Below, one piece after another: positions 58,745 through 64,000 of a stretch of DNA of 64,000 bases; the stretch's first letter is position 1; every line of letters starts with the position of its first letter. Position numbers and translations under genes: made by a program. Source of the DNA: Blepharisma stoltei ATCC 30299 (Eukaryota; Protista; Ciliophora); NCBI GenBank assembly GCA_965603825.1, contig CBFDEM010000024.1, forward strand, positions 585,525-649,524, given 5' to 3'. The notes below the pieces were generated by a model. That model did no database searches. It worked only from the letters and a program-made list of their open reading frames with translations, and was not told the origin of the DNA.

Positions 58745-61700
58745 TTAAATGCTACTCATTTCTTCCATCATCACTCCATCATCTACAAAATTGCTTATTC
58801 CTTGGGTTTTCCTTTTCTTTGAATAATATATTCCACATGCAATAGCAGCACCAAGGAAAATAAGTATCATTCCTCCTAAAGTCCATATGAATCAATGAAG
58901 TGAAGATTGTTGGCCAATTTTCCCTCTTCTAAGAACAAACACATCTGAAACTAATTTTTGGAATGAATTTTCTGCTTGAATTTGTATATAAAACTTATCA
59001 GTTCCCCATCATTGCCTCATTTTTTTATAATTTTCTTCACTTATAGCAGGTATTTCTATGGTTTTTTGGTTTATAGAATATTCTTTTAGTATACACATAA
59101 TAGTGTCTGCGAAAGAAATCACATTATTTTTAATAAAAAATATATTTTTGATGTTCACAGTTGTAGAAAAAGGAAAAAAACTTGGAGGAGAGTCATGTAG
59201 ATTTATTACTTCTATTAATGTAGATTGATATAAATCTATTTTAACGTCTGTAAAAATAATATACTTGCAGTCATCTTGGCATGATGTCAGCTTTGGGGAA
59301 AAAGTACTTGGCTTTAAAAAATTCAAACGGCAAAATAACGATCGAACCAGTTTTATGCTGGGTTTATCATTGATTGAATATTCGAGCAAAATCATTGAAT
59401 TAGTCATAATAAATAATCTCATTTGGCAAATAGAAAGAGATAGAAATTTATTTGAATTTGAATGCGGTATGCTTTCAATGATTATTGCTGAGCTATTTTC
59501 TTGAATTTCGATAATTCTCAGACCATATGAAAAATCAATAATGTAGAGGTATATAATGCCAAATTTGGATAGTATTATATCAATTGACTGGATTAAAAAC
59601 GAATTTACTCCAAGAGAAAAAAAATCAATATTTTCAATTTTTGTAAGAAAAACTCCATTTTCGTTTAATAAGCCCTTGTATCTGAGGATGCAGCTATTTG
59701 CATAGCTTTTAAAGCCATTAGTTTTTTCATATAAAAATATTTCAAAGCGCTGATTGTTAAGCTTAACTATATTTAAATTTTCAACAAACGATGGGATCCA
59801 AATATTACTTTCTGATCATAATGAAGATTTCTTAATAAAATCATATTTAATGACAAGCAAAATATTTTTTTCTGCTCCCAGTAATGCTTTTTCTTGTCAA
59901 AATTCTTCTGTAACTGCAAAATATTTACAGGCTGCAAATATTATAATAATATTTTCATTAAAATCAATTGCATTAAAATTATCACATAAAATAAAATCAG
60001 CAAAAATAAAATCCTTAAACATTAGAACCGAATCTATAATAGGAATGTTGGTAGAACGATCTATAATAATAAACTCATTTATTCCATTAATCACTGATTT
60101 TTTTGCATTTTTAACAAAAATCTCATAAGTCCTTTCATAACAAGATTTGATTTTTACTGATGAAATTTCTTTAAAGTTATTTTCCATATGCACAGGAGAA
60201 AATTCAGGATTAACGCTTTCTGAATTGATTTCGTTTATTAGAATTGAAACTTTGATGCCATTTCCATGTAAAATCTTACTGAGATCAACAATCTTGTGTT
60301 GGTAGTATGGAGCTTCAATTATTTTTTGTAAATTATTATTTTCAATCCAAATGGTGTTATGATTTGTGTGAAAATTAAACAAAATGTCAACTATTGACTT
60401 AAAATTAGTGTTTTCAGCTAAAATCGAGATCTTTCCTTCTTCTATTTTATTTTCTGAGTAAACAGTTTGGTTTAGCATTATATTTATTCCAATAGGAAGT
60501 GAGCATTTATTTTCAATTGGATATACCTGCTGATTACATCTTAATTTATAAATTCTTAAAATACTTTTATCATCAATCTGGCATATTATTGGAATTTCCA
60601 TAAAACTCTCTAGCTCTCTTTTAGAGTCAGCTAATTGGCACGATTCACCAAGATTAATCGTATACACCAATGCTTCAAATGCAAATTTTGTTCAATCATA
60701 TACAGCAATAATATTATCCACTTGTAGGAGGAGAATATTTTTCATGCTGATAAATAATTTAATAGTTCCTTTCAAATGAGGTCCCAAAGTTTTGAGATAA
60801 TTGAGATTTATATCATATATGGCAATTGTACAGTCAGAAAATAATAAAGCAACAGCTGATTCCATTGATATAGACATTTTTTTTATATCTTTGTGAAAAA
60901 TGTTAATGGTTTTAAGGATGAAAGAATAGTCACCATTGTAAACTGCTGGAAAATCAATCATAATTATACCGCTATTGTAAATTACATAAAAAACAATGTG
61001 ATATTTATATAAAGATGAATGATCTAAAGTTTCTAGACCTTGGATATAAAGATCATTATCAATACCCAGCATTTCTTTATCTATTCTAAATAGTTTTTCC
61101 ATTGAATTTGCTATATAAACATCTATCGCAAACTGGTTTGCACAAAAAATTGTCGTCCCCTGTTTGTCGTATCCAATAAATAAGCAGTCAATATCAGTCT
61201 GAACATCTGTGCAAATATATTCCTTAAGCCATAACAATCAATGGCATCTTGACAATAAAAAGATTTGGTACTCATTGTCATAAGATACAACAAATCAGTT
61301 TAGTGTGGAGCCTAAATATCAAAACCTAATAATGTTTGAATTATTTGATAATGTATAAATATTTTCTAAAGGATCTACTTCTTGAGCAATGACTTTATCG
61401 TCAAAACCATAAATAATGATTGCTTCGTAAACTTTAATAAATAATGGGTTTGGTAACAAAATAATTTCTTTTAAAATATTATCATGATCAGGAAAAGATC
61501 AACTGACAGTAATATCAGATGGAAGCTCAGCATTTATAAGACAGCAAGTAAGATTTGGCCCAGAATATAAAGAATCTGCATTAATTTTTATTTCTAAATT
61601 AGGTCCATATAAATATGCATCAATAGAAGCTGAATTCTTCTTATAAATATCTAAAGAGTTTGAAAGCACTGAAACAACATTAAAACTCTTTTTAACACTT

Positions 61701-63070
61701 TTTTTATTTGATTGGTTTGATTTTCCTGTAATTTCTGCATAAAAAGAGCTGTTTCCTGTTATTTCAATAGCTCAATCCTTCAAATTGACTAAAAAGGCTC
61801 TAATCCCATCATAATCATGCCTAATATAAAACATTTTTTCATTGAAAAACACAGCCATTCACATTCCATTTTTATTAAATCCTTTATCTACAACCTTTTT
61901 TACATCGAAATTTGCAATATTATACTGCGGTGAATTTTCCCAGAATTCATTAAATTCATAAGCCATCAAATATAAAGTGTTATTTGCTTCCACTTGCATA
62001 AATAAAAAATTTGCACGAAACTGTATGGAATGAATTGACAATAATGCATTAAATGCATTATATGTATTGACTCAATAAAATTCAATTGGTGAGCTTCTTT
62101 GTGCAGTAAAAATTACTCCGCTATATGTGCTGATACCAATAGGCTGAAAAAAATTATTTCTTATTGCTTTAATCATATTGCTTGCAGGGCCATATTTTCT
62201 TAAGTCAATAAAATCGAAATATTGCCATTTAGACTTTATAACTTGAGATTTATAAATGATTAATCCCAGATTTGAATCTAATAAAAACAATTTGCTGAAA
62301 TCGCTTCAAGCTTGAACTATATTCATTTCACAATTTTCAAATTCTTTTAGGCCTATATAAGAGTGAAGCGAATATAATAACTTGCCCGAACTTATATGGG
62401 CAAAATCATATAAAAATACAGCTTGCTTTCGATTTTTAAATCTCCCAAAGAAGACCACCGCATTTAAGCTTTGCTCTTCCACATCAGAAATTTTTAAATC
62501 TGTTGTGTATTTAATATCTCAAAGGTATAATTTTCTTGGATGATCAGGCTTCATGGGTTCTTGGAATTTTATAAGATAAATTTCATTTTCTCATATTCCA
62601 AATATAGGATTTTTAAGGGATTTAGCAACTAAAATTATACATTTTAGATGTAGATAGTGGTATATAGCAGCTTGAGTGATTGTATTGCTTTTAATTTGAA
62701 AACTTCAGAGCTCTTCTATTTTTAATGTATTTTTCGCAAATAAATAAGCTGAAATGTGATTGATATCATATTTCAAAAAGAAAATGCCTTCAGGAAATTC
62801 AATAGAAGGGAATGTTTTATTAAAAATTGTATAATTTGTGCTTAAAGGTTTGGTGGGTAAATGCGAAATTAGATTCAGTGAAGAATCATGCTTTAACTTT
62901 ATATCATTTCCAGTCATGTTTGTATTTGAGATATAGAAGTCTATTTCATTATGTGAGAAATAATCATGAAGTCTTAAATTTATTGATTCATTTGGAGTCA
63001 AATAGAAGGTTTCAAAGTCTTTTAAAATTTCTTCTGATAAAACAGCCCCGATAATTACAATAAGCAGCAT
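58745..63070 (-). CDS. Large type I membrane/surface protein (~1441 aa)
   Basis: All six track fragments lie in one frame and end at TGA. Signal peptide MLLIVIIGAVLS; C-terminal TM WTLGGMILIFLGAAIACGIYY followed by KKRK; TAA 58745-58747. Not every linker codon was checked. Confidence 0.8.
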
Positions 63071-63206
63071 GGCTGTAATAAATTATATAATAGAAAATAT
63101 GCTAAAATTATTAATTGGCTAGATAAATAATATTATTTTGAATAACATATATAAAATATATTAAATGACAAAGTTTTTATTTAAGAGGGAATTTTATTAA
63201 ATAGCT

Positions 63207-64000
63207 GGTGTTAGGGTGTTAGGGTGTTAGGGTGTTAGGGTGTTAGGGTGTTAGGGTGTTAGGGTGTTAGGGTAGGGTGTTAGGGTGTTAGGGTGTTAGG
63301 GTGTTAGGGTGTTAGGGTGTTAGGGTGTTAGGGTGTTAGGGTGTTAGGGTGTTAGGGTGTTAGGGTGTTAGGGTGTTAGGGTGTTAGGGTGTTAGGGTGT
63401 TAGGGTGTTAGGGTGTTAGGGTGTTAGGGTGTTAGGGTGTTAGGGTGTTAGGGTGTTAGGGTGTTAGGGTGTTAGGGTGTTAGGGTGTTAGGGTGTTAGG
63501 GTGTTAGGGTGTTAGGGTGTTAGGGTGTTAGGGTGTTAGGGTGTTAGGTGTTAGGGTGTTAGGGTGTTAGGGTGTTAGGGTGTTAGGGTGTTAGGGTGTT
63601 AGGGTGTTAGGGTGTTAGGGTGTTAGGGTGTTAGGGTGTTAGGGTGTTAGGGTGTTAGGGTGTTAGGGTGTTAGGGTGTTAGGGTGTTAGGGTGTTAGGG
63701 TGTTAGGGTGTTAGGGTGTTAGGGTGTTAGGGTGTTAGGGTGTTAGGGTGTTAGGGTGTTAGGGTGTTAGGGTGTTAGGGTGTTAGGGTGTTAGGGTGTT
63801 AGGGTGTTAGGGTGTTAGGGTGTTAGGGTGTTAGGGTGTTAGGGTGTTAGGGTGTTAGGGTGTTAGGGTGTTAGGGTGTTAGGGTGTTAGGGTGTTAGGG
63901 TGTTAGGGTGTTAGGGTGTTAGGGTGTTAGGGTGTTAGGGTGTTAGGGTGTTAGGGTGTTAGGGTGTTAGGGTGTTAGGGTGTTAGGGTGTTAGGGTGTT
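63207..64000 (+). repeat. Telomere, (TGTTAGGG)n = (CCCTAACA)n
   Basis: About 790 nt of the 8-mer running to the window end, G-rich strand oriented 5'->3' toward the end. Confidence 0.98.

Noticed and set aside
1-63070. Many short ORFs as pseudogenes or separate small genes
   Set aside because: They join in frame once TGA is read as Trp and tiny introns are removed.
1-63070. TGA as selenocysteine, or a Mycoplasma/mitochondrial origin
   Set aside because: TGA aligns with Trp, not Cys; spliceosomal introns, nuclear genes and a telomere show a eukaryotic nucleus.

Overview
This is eukaryotic DNA: the right end of a gene-dense, AT-rich ciliate macronuclear chromosome, almost certainly a Blepharisma-type heterotrich. 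Three signatures agree. TGA is read as Trp, since it aligns with TGG between paralogs and sits at invariant Trp positions, so the supplied ORF track is fragmented. Spliceosomal introns are tiny (mostly 15 nt, GT...A....AG). The window ends in a (TGTTAGGG)n / (CCCTAACA)n telomere from about 63207. Retranslating with TGA=Trp and removing the introns gives about 33 genes. These include two tandem Kelch/Cys-rich membrane proteins, IMP4, UGDH, a cysteine-free glutaredoxin, a bacterial-like PGM1-type ATP-grasp ligase, a MYB gene missed by the ORF track, a ZnT/CDF transporter, an ExxHGH-type PTPS, VPS8, a DHHC enzyme, EEF1AKMT1, SPC25, an ABCC transporter, FAH, a DUSP, two ACSLs, PGM3, a degenerate kinesin, a CDKL kinase, OGG1, IWS1, a U-box/RanBP2-finger protein and a 1441-aa telomere-adjacent surface protein. 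There is also a decayed AAA-ATPase-like pseudogene. The most notable observation is in two neighbouring genes (kinesin-like and CDKL): splicing the perfect default 15-nt intron leaves the message out of frame, and only a longer 17-nt or 22-nt intron using a downstream AG restores the protein. All annotation was done by eye; no searches were run.
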